NCBI GenBank assembly: GCA_038247415.1
Contig: JBBRUX010000002.1
Coordinates: forward strand, 77,370-141,369
Length of the DNA: 64,000 bases
Origin: Chitinivibrionales bacterium
GTDB lineage: Bacteria; Fibrobacterota; Chitinivibrionia; Chitinivibrionales; WJKA01
Direction of reading: 5' to 3'
Under the pieces are notes generated by a model. The model saw nothing but the letters and a program-made list of their open reading frames with translations. It did no database searches and was not told the DNA's origin. Both the position numbers and the translations under genes were made by a program. How positions within the stretch are numbered: position 1 is the stretch's first letter; the number at the start of each line of letters is the position of its first letter. Of the stretch, positions 36,773 to 45,725 are shown in pieces.

Positions 36773-38287
36773 ATGCGGTTTTCTTGAAACGTGTGCCAGA
36801 AATCGAGAGGGCTTAGTTTTTTGCAGTTTGTCAAAAAACAATCTCTTTTTACAGGTGATACAAAAAAGATGCGTTTGGGCTCGAGTTACGCCAACATAAA
36901 AGAGGCGTTTTTCTTCAGCCAGATTTTCGGGAGATATGGGTGCTGGGGTGTGAGTAAAAAGAGCTTTTAAAAAATCTTGTATCGAATGAATAGCCCGCTT
37001 TTTGGGTAGTCTATAATAGGGTAACCCACCTTCATCACAATCGCATAAGAATACAACCGGCCACTCAAGCCCTTTGGCTGCATGAATAGTAATGCATTGT
37101 GGCACTGCATGCATTTCGCCTTTTTCAACAAGCGTGGTAAATCTTTTTTTAAGGTACTCGGCAGCGAAGTTAGTTCGTACCAAGAAAACAATATCAATAA
37201 GAGGAATATTGCTTTTTAAAAGTGCTGCCAGGCGCACAGAAAAACCAGCAAACATTGTGGCTGGATCTTGATACGTAAGAATTTGCGGACGGCGTTGCAG
37301 TGTTGAAATACGAAAATGTTTTTTGCTTTTTGCTGCTATAAGTATTTTGCGAAAGCGTAACTCTTTGGTGGAAAAAATCTTATTAGCAACGGTTAAAATG
37401 GGAGCGACAGAACGATAATTTATTTCGAGTTTAATAATTTTTGTGGATCCAAAGGTATCTTCAAATTGATTGATAATCGAAGGATCTGCACCTAAAAATC
37501 CATAAATAGCCTGATCATCATCGCCAACAGCAAAAAGCGGTGCAACAGGGTTGCGAAGAAGTTTTAGGAGGTCTATTTGTAAAGGATTAGTATCTTGAAA
37601 TTCATCAACCAGTATCGATTTAAAATATGTTTGATAATAGTTTTTAATACTAGGATTGCTTACAAGCACGGTACGTGCATTTTGAATCATGTCTGAAAAA
37701 TCCCATTGTCCCATGTGTTTTTTATAGCGCAGAGTTCTGTCTATAAGCGTATCTAAAAGAGTCGAGTTCTCTTTCGAAAGAAGAGTAGTATGGTTTGGGT
37801 TAACCGATTGTTTTTGAATAAGAGCATCTAATCCCAAAAGATCTGTTTTAAAAATTTCTCTTTCGGCAGGGCTCGATATGCAAGAAATCATGCTCAGTCG
37901 TTCTTTGGCGGTTATAAGTGTTGGTGTTTTTAAATAGCCTAAAATCTTGTAGGGTGTTTGACCCGACACCGGGGTGGAAATAATTCTGAAACAGAGGGCA
38001 TGAAAAGTGAGTATAGAAGGGGCTTTATAATCGATAGTGTCTTTAAGCAAGGCCTCAACTCGAGTTTTCATTTCGAGTGCAGCTTTTTTTGTAAATGTTA
38101 GAGCAAGAATGTGTTCCGGTTTACAAAAAGTTGCAGCGCAAAAGGCAATTCTTTTTGATAATACAGTTGTTTTTCCGCACCCTGCACCAGCAAGGACAAG
38201 AATGCTGTTTTCAAACGGTGCAAACACAGCTTCGTGCTGGCAAGGGTTGAGGCCATCGGAAAGGCAAACGTGTAAAGATTCGAGCAT
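36752..38287 (-). CDS. UvrD/Rep/PcrA-family SF1A helicase (short form)
   Basis: LNPCQ, AGAGCGKT, TFT, DEFQD, VGDDDQAIYGF, NYRS, TIHAAKGLEW, EEKRLFYVGVTRA. Confidence 0.93.
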   Translation of the reverse strand: MLESLHVCLSDGLNPCQHEAVFAPFENSILVLAGAGCGKTTVLSKRIAFCAATFCKPEHILALTFTKKAALEMKTRVEALLKDTIDYKAPSILTFHALCFRIISTPVSGQTPYKILGYLKTPTLITAKERLSMISCISSPAEREIFKTDLLGLDALIQKQSVNPNHTTLLSKENSTLLDTLIDRTLRYKKHMGQWDFSDMIQNARTVLVSNPSIKNYYQTYFKSILVDEFQDTNPLQIDLLKLLRNPVAPLFAVGDDDQAIYGFLGADPSIINQFEDTFGSTKIIKLEINYRSVAPILTVANKIFSTKELRFRKILIAAKSKKHFRISTLQRRPQILTYQDPATMFAGFSVRLAALLKSNIPLIDIVFLVRTNFAAEYLKKRFTTLVEKGEMHAVPQCITIHAAKGLEWPVVFLCDCDEGGLPYYRLPKKRAIHSIQDFLKALFTHTPAPISPENLAEEKRLFYVGVTRAQTHLFCITCKKRLFFDKLQKTKPSRFLAHVSRKPHLFFWKS

Positions 38288-38324
38288 GCAAAGAAAATAA
38301 CTTGTGTGTCATCAATCAAGGAAT

Positions 38325-38360
38325 AAAAAAAGGCCTGTTCCGGAGAACAAGGCCTTTTTT
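38325..38360 (-). terminator. Bidirectional-type intrinsic terminator after the diguanylate cyclase gene
   Basis: AAAAAAAGGCCTGTTC-CGGA-GAACAAGGCCTTTTTT. Confidence 0.8.
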
Positions 38361-38388
38361 GATGTTGCAAAAAGCAAACCTTAGCCCA

Positions 38389-40152
38389 TTAAACCATCGT
38401 AACTTTATTTCGGCCTGTATCCTTAGAACGATACATTGCCTTATCTGCTTTTTGAATGAGTTGGTCCGACATGGTTGCGTGCTCTTTATACATTGCAATG
38501 CCAAAGCTCATGGTAACATGAATTTCTTCGCCGTGCGGAGTGCGGTACGATTTTGCCGCAATATTAGAACGAATACGCTCGGTTGTTTCGAGGGCATGGG
38601 TTTTATCGGTCTTTACTAACACGAGCGAAAATTCTTCTCCACCATATCGGCATGCCAAATCAACGCCGTCCCGAATACTTTCTGCGAGCGTTTTGGCAAT
38701 ACCTGCTAATACGATATCCCCAAATTGATGTCCATAATTGTCGTTAAGCTTTTTAAAGAAGTCGATATCGCATAACACAAGCGCAAAGGGGTCATCGTAG
38801 CGACTCGCACGGGTCATTTCATCTGTCAAGAGCTTTTGAAATTGACGGTGATTATAAAGGCCCGTTAGGCCATCGTGTGTTGCAAGGTTTCTGGCAGTCT
38901 CAAGAACCTGAATTTTTTCGATTGCAAGGCTGGCCGAGGTAACAAGCCTCAGAAGCAGCTCCCGATTATTATCGGAAAAGGCATTAGGAGAAAAGGATTC
39001 CAGCAAAATCCCACCCTTGCATTTGTCAACACCTACAGGAACCGCTAAAAAGGACTTGAATTCCCCTTCATGTTTTTCGGTAGCGCTGTACCGAACTTCA
39101 TAATGATCATTTGAAAAATCGCGATAATAGCATATGTTTTTAGAATATAAAAGCCCCATGAGCGTCTTATCGTTTACATTAAAGTGTAATTGACTAAATG
39201 CGTCGGTATGGAATCCGTATACCCGTTTGATACTGGCGGTTGTGCTTTCTTCGGTTTTAAGACTTATCGTAAGCCGATCGCAGGCAAGTGCAAAAGGAAT
39301 AATTTCAATCATTTTATCGAGCACCGATTCAACGTCATGTTTTTGAAAAAAGTATTTCTCAGTAGTGCTCATGGCGCTTAAGCGTTGGTATTTAAGTTTG
39401 TATTCGTTATTTAAATACGTATGATACACAGCATTCCCAAGTACCGCGGCAAGAGCCGTTAAATAATCATGATCTGCATCGGTAAAGTGAGTTGGCTCGG
39501 TAGAATCTACAACAATCACGCCTCGTTCTACTCCTGCCACAAGAATTGGGGTGGCCATAAGAGATCTGATTTTTGCATCTTTAGAGTAATAATAGAGGGT
39601 CATGGAATCTGAAATTATATCGCGTAAATTGAGTTGTTTCAAGCCATCCTTAAGAAAGCTTCCAATAATGCCAACACCCGGATAAATTATTGCATCGCGA
39701 TTTAAAAATTCCGATTGAGAAAAGGCTTTACGTATACGATATCCACCATCGCTTGTGGGAAAAAACACCGCCGCAGAATGAACGGTCATATGGATGCGAA
39801 TTAAAGAAATACAGTTCTCTATAAGGTCGTCTATTATTAATTCTATTTCTTGACGTTGTGTTTTAGAGTAACCCGTTCCTAGAACTGCATATTCCAGAGA
39901 TGTAGTGGTATCGGAGGTTTGTTGTTCGATGCTTGTTATCAGGGGGTTTTGCGTGCTTGTGAGAGAATGCGTTGGCTTTTCGTGCCGTTGACGAATTCGG
40001 CTGGTTATAAAGCATGCGAGGGCCGCAAAAAGAGATACCGGAAAGATAATCGGTTTAATGGCGTCATAGCCGAAATGTAATGCAATCCCACAGATAAGAA
40101 TTGCGCTGCCAACAAGATTTAACCGGTTTTTAAATCGGTTCTGCTGTTTCAT
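38389..40152 (-). CDS. Membrane-bound GAF-GAF-GGDEF diguanylate cyclase
   Basis: Two N-terminal TM helices and two GAF-like segments. DGLTGLYN, DIDFFKKLND.YGHQFGD, RYGGEEF. Confidence 0.95.
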   Translation of the reverse strand: MKQQNRFKNRLNLVGSAILICGIALHFGYDAIKPIIFPVSLFAALACFITSRIRQRHEKPTHSLTSTQNPLITSIEQQTSDTTTSLEYAVLGTGYSKTQRQEIELIIDDLIENCISLIRIHMTVHSAAVFFPTSDGGYRIRKAFSQSEFLNRDAIIYPGVGIIGSFLKDGLKQLNLRDIISDSMTLYYYSKDAKIRSLMATPILVAGVERGVIVVDSTEPTHFTDADHDYLTALAAVLGNAVYHTYLNNEYKLKYQRLSAMSTTEKYFFQKHDVESVLDKMIEIIPFALACDRLTISLKTEESTTASIKRVYGFHTDAFSQLHFNVNDKTLMGLLYSKNICYYRDFSNDHYEVRYSATEKHEGEFKSFLAVPVGVDKCKGGILLESFSPNAFSDNNRELLLRLVTSASLAIEKIQVLETARNLATHDGLTGLYNHRQFQKLLTDEMTRASRYDDPFALVLCDIDFFKKLNDNYGHQFGDIVLAGIAKTLAESIRDGVDLACRYGGEEFSLVLVKTDKTHALETTERIRSNIAAKSYRTPHGEEIHVTMSFGIAMYKEHATMSDQLIQKADKAMYRSKDTGRNKVTMV

Positions 40153-40526
40153 GGAGTTGATCCAAGAATAGTGCTCGCAACGCGTAAAATATCTTCTCGT
40201 ACAAAAGGTTTTCCAATTACATCTGCAAAACCTAAATTGAGCAAACTTTTAACTGGATTAGATTCTACAAAAGAAGTAATGGCTACCACCGGGATGGTTG
40301 CAGTAAGTGCATTTTTGCGAAGATTATTAATAAAATTAATACCATTCATAACAGGCATCATGATGTCGGTCATGATAAGATCGGGTACCGTTTCTTGTGC
40401 GCGGCTTATGCCATCAAACCCATTGAGCGCTGTTACAATAGTATAGGTGCCACTTAAGATTATTTCCAAAAAATCAAGCGTGTCGTGGTCATCGTCTATC
40501 AACAAAATAACTTTTTCGTATTTCAT
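40149..40526 (-). CDS. Single-domain response regulator (REC)
   Basis: ILLIDDD, PDLIMTDIMMPVMNG, T, KP. Confidence 0.95.
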   Translation of the reverse strand: MKYEKVILLIDDDHDTLDFLEIILSGTYTIVTALNGFDGISRAQETVPDLIMTDIMMPVMNGINFINNLRKNALTATIPVVAITSFVESNPVKSLLNLGFADVIGKPFVREDILRVASTILGSTP

Positions 40527-43090
40527 TTATCAGCCTTTCCGTAAAGGAATAATCCAATGCTTAAGAATAAAATATTCCCAAGCCATGCTGCAAAAAGCGG
40601 GGAAAGCCGACCATCTTTACCAAACGTAATAGCCGTTTGTGAGAGAATCCAGTAAGCGAAACAGATAAGAATACCCGAACCTAAAAGTACCGCAGACCCG
40701 CTTCTTCCGGTGCGGGCTGAAATTGCAATGCCTAAGAGAATCACAATAAAATTCATGAAAGGATACGCAACTTTATAATGTAAATCGGCAAGAAACGACG
40801 TTACCTTTTCTCCCCGGCGCGCAGAATTTTCTATGTGCGTTTCGAGTTCTTGATAGCTCATTTCTTCTATTTTTTTAGATCGGGTTACCATAGTACTCGG
40901 AGAAACCTTAAGAATTGTGTCAACGAGCGTGGAGAATCGAGACACTACCGTGGAGTCCCCATAAAAGGATCGTTTAGTAACATTGTGGAGAATCCAGGAT
41001 TTGTTTTCGTAGGTGGCCTCGGCTGCGGTAATGCGTTCTATGATTGCCCCCTCCATAAACCGCTCTCGCCACAAATTGGTTGCGAGCGTGGGCGATGTGC
41101 GAAAGTCTTCGAAACGGTAGAGCGTGTGTGTATTGGCAAAATAATAAAGGCCCCGGTAATAGTCGCGCGGAGGGCGGTAGGTGCCCGATGCAGAAGCGCG
41201 TTTTTCGCGCATATGATCGGTGAGCTCACTGCGCAGCTGATTGGCAACCGGCAGCACTCGTTCTCCAAAGTAAAACATCCCCAAAGAAAAGAGCGCACCA
41301 AAAATCAAAAGCGGTAGTGTAACCCGGCGTAGCGATCGTCCCGCAGCTTTCATGGCGATAAGCTCGCTTTTTGCAGCAAGTTTCCCTAGTGTAAACATGG
41401 TGCTTAAAAGAAGCACAATGGGTGTTACCATCTGGATTATCCAGGGTAAATAATACCAATAAAAAAGAGCGCTGTCGGCTATCGATGCATCGCTAAATCG
41501 GCCTGCATTAGAAACGTAATCGATAACTACAAAAACAACAAGGAGCGAAGAGAGTACCCCTAAAAAGTATCCTAAAAAAATGCGCATCACATACGCTTGC
41601 AAGGTGCCACTTGCTTTTTTGGCAATCCAAAAGGGGATCGACAATATCGAGGGCGCGCCAACTGCCGTACCTTCTTTGGGAACACGTTTAGAAAACCGTG
41701 CTTTTAGAGATGATGCTAATTTTCCCAGAGCATCGAGGGGAGAGAAGGGTGATTCGCGAACCATACGAAAAATAAGGAAAATTCCGCAAAGTCCAATAAT
41801 AATGTTTGCCGACCACATTGCCCAAAAGGGAGCAATAATAAGACGATCTGCTAAAAATTCCCCCTCAATAAGGCACGCCCAATACACAATAAAAAAGAAA
41901 ATACTATAGCTCGCGCCTATACCAATACCACCTCGTTTGGCCATAATTCCTAAGGGAGCACCCACTAAAATAAACACAATGCACGCTACGGGCATTGCAT
42001 ACTTTTTGTAAATCTCTACGGTATACTGTGCAATCGACATCTCCTGATCCCGAACGCGCTGCATAATATGCTGTGTAAAGGAAATGGTATTGGAGATGGC
42101 AGATTGAGCGGCGCCTCTAGAGGGGGCTTTATCGCGTAGCATTGCGAATGTTGTGCATGCAGTAAAGAGAGAATCCCGAGAAGTTTTAGAGAGTGGGGTA
42201 TCGGGATAGGTTGCATACGCATGAATTGTCGCCCACAAAGTATCCAGGGTAGTATTATAATCGGTCAGATAGGAATTTTTTGTTGCTGTAAACGAGGCAA
42301 CCGCTTTGTTCATCATGGCAACCCCTTGCTCCCGATCTCCTCTATAGCTCGATGACGTTCTTTTAAGCTCTGAGTCTACATTGGGGATAAGCACTTTTTG
42401 TTCTTCGAAACGGGCAACAAAATATTGCTTGGGCGTTTGCCGGGGTATGCTGTGGGTTTCCCCGTGATAAAGGGTAAGCTCGATATAATCGCCCGAAGGA
42501 GTTTGGCGAACGAGCCCAGAATCGGCAATGGTCGATAAAAAATCTTCGCCCGGGACATCGGAAAAAATCTTGACAGATTTAATTTTTCCTTCACGCGCAT
42601 TTACTTCGCTTACGTGCATGGTGTAATGCTCGAAGTCGCGAATAAGCACATTGGGTTCGATAAGTGCAGCAGGTCGCTTGCGTGCAATATCGGACATTAG
42701 GTTGGCAACGCGATGATTTGCATCGGGTAAAATAAGGTCGTTAAAATAAATATTGATTACGCAAACCACTACCGAAGCAGCAATCACAGGGGTCAAAAGG
42801 GAGTACATGTTGACGCCAGCAGCCTTGATCGCAACAATTTCATTGTCTGCCGACATAGAGCCAAAAGCCATGAGAGTAGCACATAAAATCGCCCCAGGAA
42901 TGGCCAGGGCAATAATCCAACCAAGATTGATAAGAAAAATTTCCAGCACAATCCCAACATCAAGTCCCCGAGAGAGGATTTGATCCAGAATTTGAATTGC
43001 ATACTGGGTTACAAATAAAAAAACCAGAATGCCAAGCGAATAGAGTAACGGCGCAAGGTGCCGGCGGATAATATACCTGTAGAGGATCAT
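40523..43090 (-). CDS. Fused LptF-LptG lipopolysaccharide export permease
   Basis: Two LptF/G modules: MILYRYI..DNEIVAIKAAG..KYAMPVAC, then LQAYVMRIF..SELIAMKAAG..KVAYPF..LSPLFAAW. Likely start at 43090. Confidence 0.88.
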   Translation of the reverse strand: MILYRYIIRRHLAPLLYSLGILVFLFVTQYAIQILDQILSRGLDVGIVLEIFLINLGWIIALAIPGAILCATLMAFGSMSADNEIVAIKAAGVNMYSLLTPVIAASVVVCVINIYFNDLILPDANHRVANLMSDIARKRPAALIEPNVLIRDFEHYTMHVSEVNAREGKIKSVKIFSDVPGEDFLSTIADSGLVRQTPSGDYIELTLYHGETHSIPRQTPKQYFVARFEEQKVLIPNVDSELKRTSSSYRGDREQGVAMMNKAVASFTATKNSYLTDYNTTLDTLWATIHAYATYPDTPLSKTSRDSLFTACTTFAMLRDKAPSRGAAQSAISNTISFTQHIMQRVRDQEMSIAQYTVEIYKKYAMPVACIVFILVGAPLGIMAKRGGIGIGASYSIFFFIVYWACLIEGEFLADRLIIAPFWAMWSANIIIGLCGIFLIFRMVRESPFSPLDALGKLASSLKARFSKRVPKEGTAVGAPSILSIPFWIAKKASGTLQAYVMRIFLGYFLGVLSSLLVVFVVIDYVSNAGRFSDASIADSALFYWYYLPWIIQMVTPIVLLLSTMFTLGKLAAKSELIAMKAAGRSLRRVTLPLLIFGALFSLGMFYFGERVLPVANQLRSELTDHMREKRASASGTYRPPRDYYRGLYYFANTHTLYRFEDFRTSPTLATNLWRERFMEGAIIERITAAEATYENKSWILHNVTKRSFYGDSTVVSRFSTLVDTILKVSPSTMVTRSKKIEEMSYQELETHIENSARRGEKVTSFLADLHYKVAYPFMNFIVILLGIAISARTGRSGSAVLLGSGILICFAYWILSQTAITFGKDGRLSPLFAAWLGNILFLSIGLFLYGKADK

Positions 43091-43110
43091 AGCGTTGCTA
43101 TAATATAGAT

Positions 43111-43142
43111 AAAGAAAATAGCGGGCGGGGCGTAAACCCGCC
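43111..43142 (-). terminator. Possible terminator after guaB
   Basis: GGCGGG/CCCGCC stem followed on the minus strand by TATTTTCTTT. Confidence 0.4.
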
Positions 43143-43176
43143 ACAGGAGATTTTTTAAAGAGAAAAGAAGAACGTA

Positions 43177-44682
43177 TTAAACATCGTAGCTGACTTCTTT
43201 ATCGATTCTAACAACGTTGGATGTTCCGCCTTCTATAAAGGTTTGCTCGGAAATACGTGTTAAAATTGCATTGTCTTTAAACTCTCCCAGTGATAGAGCA
43301 CCGCAATTACACATCGTCGATTTAAGTTTTGCCAAGGATACTTCAAGAACGTCTTTTACCGATCCAGCAATGGGCACATACCCATCAATTCCTTCTTCGA
43401 ATTTAAGGCCTTTATCATCGCCTTGATTATAGCGCTCCCAATTGCGAGCACGATTAGAGCCTTCTCCCCAATAGGGTTTGTACATTCGGCTATTGATAGA
43501 AACCCGCGGAGTAGGGCTTTCATTTGTCATAGCGAAATAGCGACCCATCATTACAAAATCGGTACCCATGGCTAATGCGAGTATGATCTGAGTATCATTG
43601 GCCAAACCACCATCAGAACAGAGCGGTATATAGGTCCCCGTCTCGTGAAAATACCGATCCCGCTCGGCAACAACTTCCAAAAGCGCCGACGCTTGACCGC
43701 GTCCAATTCCTTTTTGCTCTCGGGTAATGCAAATAGATCCGCCGCCAATACCAACCTTTACAAAGTCGAGCTGCGCTTCGGTAACAAGATACCGAAAGGC
43801 TTCGGCACTCACCACGTTGCCACCACCAATAATAACAGAATCGCCATATTTTTCTCGGGCCCACAGTGCTGCGTCACGTTGATATTCGGAATATCCATCG
43901 GACGAATCAAATGCCATAATGTCAACACCTGCATCAACCAGAGCAGGAATACGGTCTTTATAATCGTGGGTATTAATGCCTGCAGCAACGGCTAATCTTT
44001 TTTTAGTGTCGAGTAATTCGAGCGGATTATTGCGATGATCAACGTAATCTTTTTTAAAGACCAAGGCATTGAGTCTGCCCATGGCATCTAATATAGGAAG
44101 GCATTCTTTCTTGCTTTTTCGCAAAAGTAAATTAGCTTCGTGTAAAGTGATGCCAGCGTTTCCGTGTATCACCTGTTCTAGTGGTGTCATAAAACGGCTC
44201 ACCGGTTCAGAGAGAGCATCTTCGTATTCCCAAAAGTCTTTATCGGTAATAATGCCTAAAAATTTTCCTGTTTTAGAGCCATCTTCGGTAACCGGCATGG
44301 TAGAGTGTTTTGTTTTTTGCGACAGGGTAATTGCGTAACCCAAGGTATCGGTTGGCTTTAAATTAGAATCACTTTCAACAAACCCGGCCTTATGGGACTT
44401 GACTTTTGCAACCATGGCGGCTTGTGAATCGATGGATTGGGAGCAATATAAAAAAGCAACGCCACCGGTACGCGCCAAAGAAATCGCCATATCAACGCCA
44501 CTCACCGATTGCATAGAGGCTGCAACAAAAGGAATATTAAGAGAAAATCGGGGAGAACCTGCAAAACGGCCTATCGGCGTTGTAAGAGAAACAGCAGAAG
44601 GGATATGGGGCGTCTTGGTGAGTCTGGGCAGCAACAAGTATTCCGAAAAAGTTCGGGAAACATCATTAATAATATGTGCCAT
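43177..44682 (-). CDS. guaB: IMP dehydrogenase with CBS pair
   Basis: RTFSEYLLLP, DSSDGYS, GIGGGSICITR (catalytic Cys), SDGG, MGRYFA, YWGEGS. GGAGG RBS before ATG 44682. Confidence 0.95.
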   Translation of the reverse strand: MAHIINDVSRTFSEYLLLPRLTKTPHIPSAVSLTTPIGRFAGSPRFSLNIPFVAASMQSVSGVDMAISLARTGGVAFLYCSQSIDSQAAMVAKVKSHKAGFVESDSNLKPTDTLGYAITLSQKTKHSTMPVTEDGSKTGKFLGIITDKDFWEYEDALSEPVSRFMTPLEQVIHGNAGITLHEANLLLRKSKKECLPILDAMGRLNALVFKKDYVDHRNNPLELLDTKKRLAVAAGINTHDYKDRIPALVDAGVDIMAFDSSDGYSEYQRDAALWAREKYGDSVIIGGGNVVSAEAFRYLVTEAQLDFVKVGIGGGSICITREQKGIGRGQASALLEVVAERDRYFHETGTYIPLCSDGGLANDTQIILALAMGTDFVMMGRYFAMTNESPTPRVSINSRMYKPYWGEGSNRARNWERYNQGDDKGLKFEEGIDGYVPIAGSVKDVLEVSLAKLKSTMCNCGALSLGEFKDNAILTRISEQTFIEGGTSNVVRIDKEVSYDV

Positions 44683-44872
44683 ACACCCTCCCCAAAAAAA
44701 GGAAAACAATCTAAAAGAGCAACGTAAAAAACCGTGTGGCTAAAAATACACTCCGACCATAAAAAAAAGAAGAGCTAAAAGCTATCCGCCTAAAAATCAC
44801 ATTTTTCAATCGCCCAAGGGGATCAAATAATGTATACTAAAAATCGGCACTTAAACTCCGTTCTGTGACCGC

Positions 44873-44992
44873 ATTTCAAACAAGCAGCACTTCGAGAGCC
44901 TCAGTGACCGCTTGTTTGAAATAAGAATCCCGAAACCGGCCCCTGAAACCGGTCCCTGACCTTGTCGATGTGCCGGGTTCGGGGCCGGTTTC
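44873..44992. repeat. Pair of REP-like hairpins carrying an inverted core motif in their loops
   Basis: 13-bp perfect IR 44873-44885/44910-44922 and 12-bp IR 44932-44943/44981-44992. The loop cores match 17/23 in opposite orientation. Confidence 0.7.
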
Positions 44993-45046
44993 AGACTCAT
45001 AAAGTCCCTAAATCGTTCATTTTTAATCAATTGCCTGGGAAACCAC

Positions 45047-45400
45047 ATGAATGAAGCAGATCGAAGAAAACATGCCCGAATTTTCCTTACGGTAGCTGTT
45101 ACCCTCCAAGTAGATGGTAAGGTTATTCGTGGAACCGAAAGTCGCAATATTAGTATTAGCGGGATGTTTGTGGCAACCGAGGTGTATGTCGAAAAAGGAT
45201 CTAAAGGTACTATCTCCCTTTCAAAAAAATGCGGGAATGATATCATTAGTTTCACTGCAACATTTGAGGTTGTTCGATCGGGATATCTTAAGGAATCTGG
45301 TGGAGGATACGGCGTTGGTCTCAATTTTTTGGAAATAGATCCGGCCTACATTCAAAATCTTCAAAAAATTGTCGCGTTTCAAAGCTCTTTAGCAGCATAG
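45047..45400 (+). CDS. PilZ domain c-di-GMP receptor
   Basis: RRKHAR (RxxxR), NISISG (D/NxSxxG), VVR, GVGLNF. Confidence 0.92.
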   Translation: MNEADRRKHARIFLTVAVTLQVDGKVIRGTESRNISISGMFVATEVYVEKGSKGTISLSKKCGNDIISFTATFEVVRSGYLKESGGGYGVGLNFLEIDPAYIQNLQKIVAFQSSLAA

Positions 45401-45725
45401 GCCTTCTATCCAACTTTTTACATAGTGGTTTTGCCCAAAAACCCAAACTGATTCCATTCTTAAACGAGGGTTGCAAGAGTTTCATATTTGGGCATATATA
45501 TATTGTTGTAACTCCCCAATTTTTGTTTGAATTCAATGGGTTATTTGTTTAATTTAACTTTACGGTTATTTATTGCAGAGCATTCACATCAATGCAATGT
45601 GCCGATGTCCCACAATATATGTTTCCCGACCAATCGACAGTATCGTAGTACCGCCGACGGGAGCAAGGTGTATCTAAACTGCAAACTTGAACCGCAATTA
45701 CAACTCGTTTACATGTGGAGCATTC

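Noticed and set aside
36752..38287. Anti-phage system (Gabija-type UvrD)
   Set aside because: No adjacent OLD/TOPRIM nuclease or other defence gene; the neighbours are housekeeping or signalling genes.
44851..45324. 157-aa minus-strand ORF
   Set aside because: Antisense to the PilZ gene and runs through the repeat hairpins.
45645..45656. ops-like GGCGGTA in the glycan-locus leader
   Set aside because: It is on the wrong strand relative to transcription of the locus and matches only partly.
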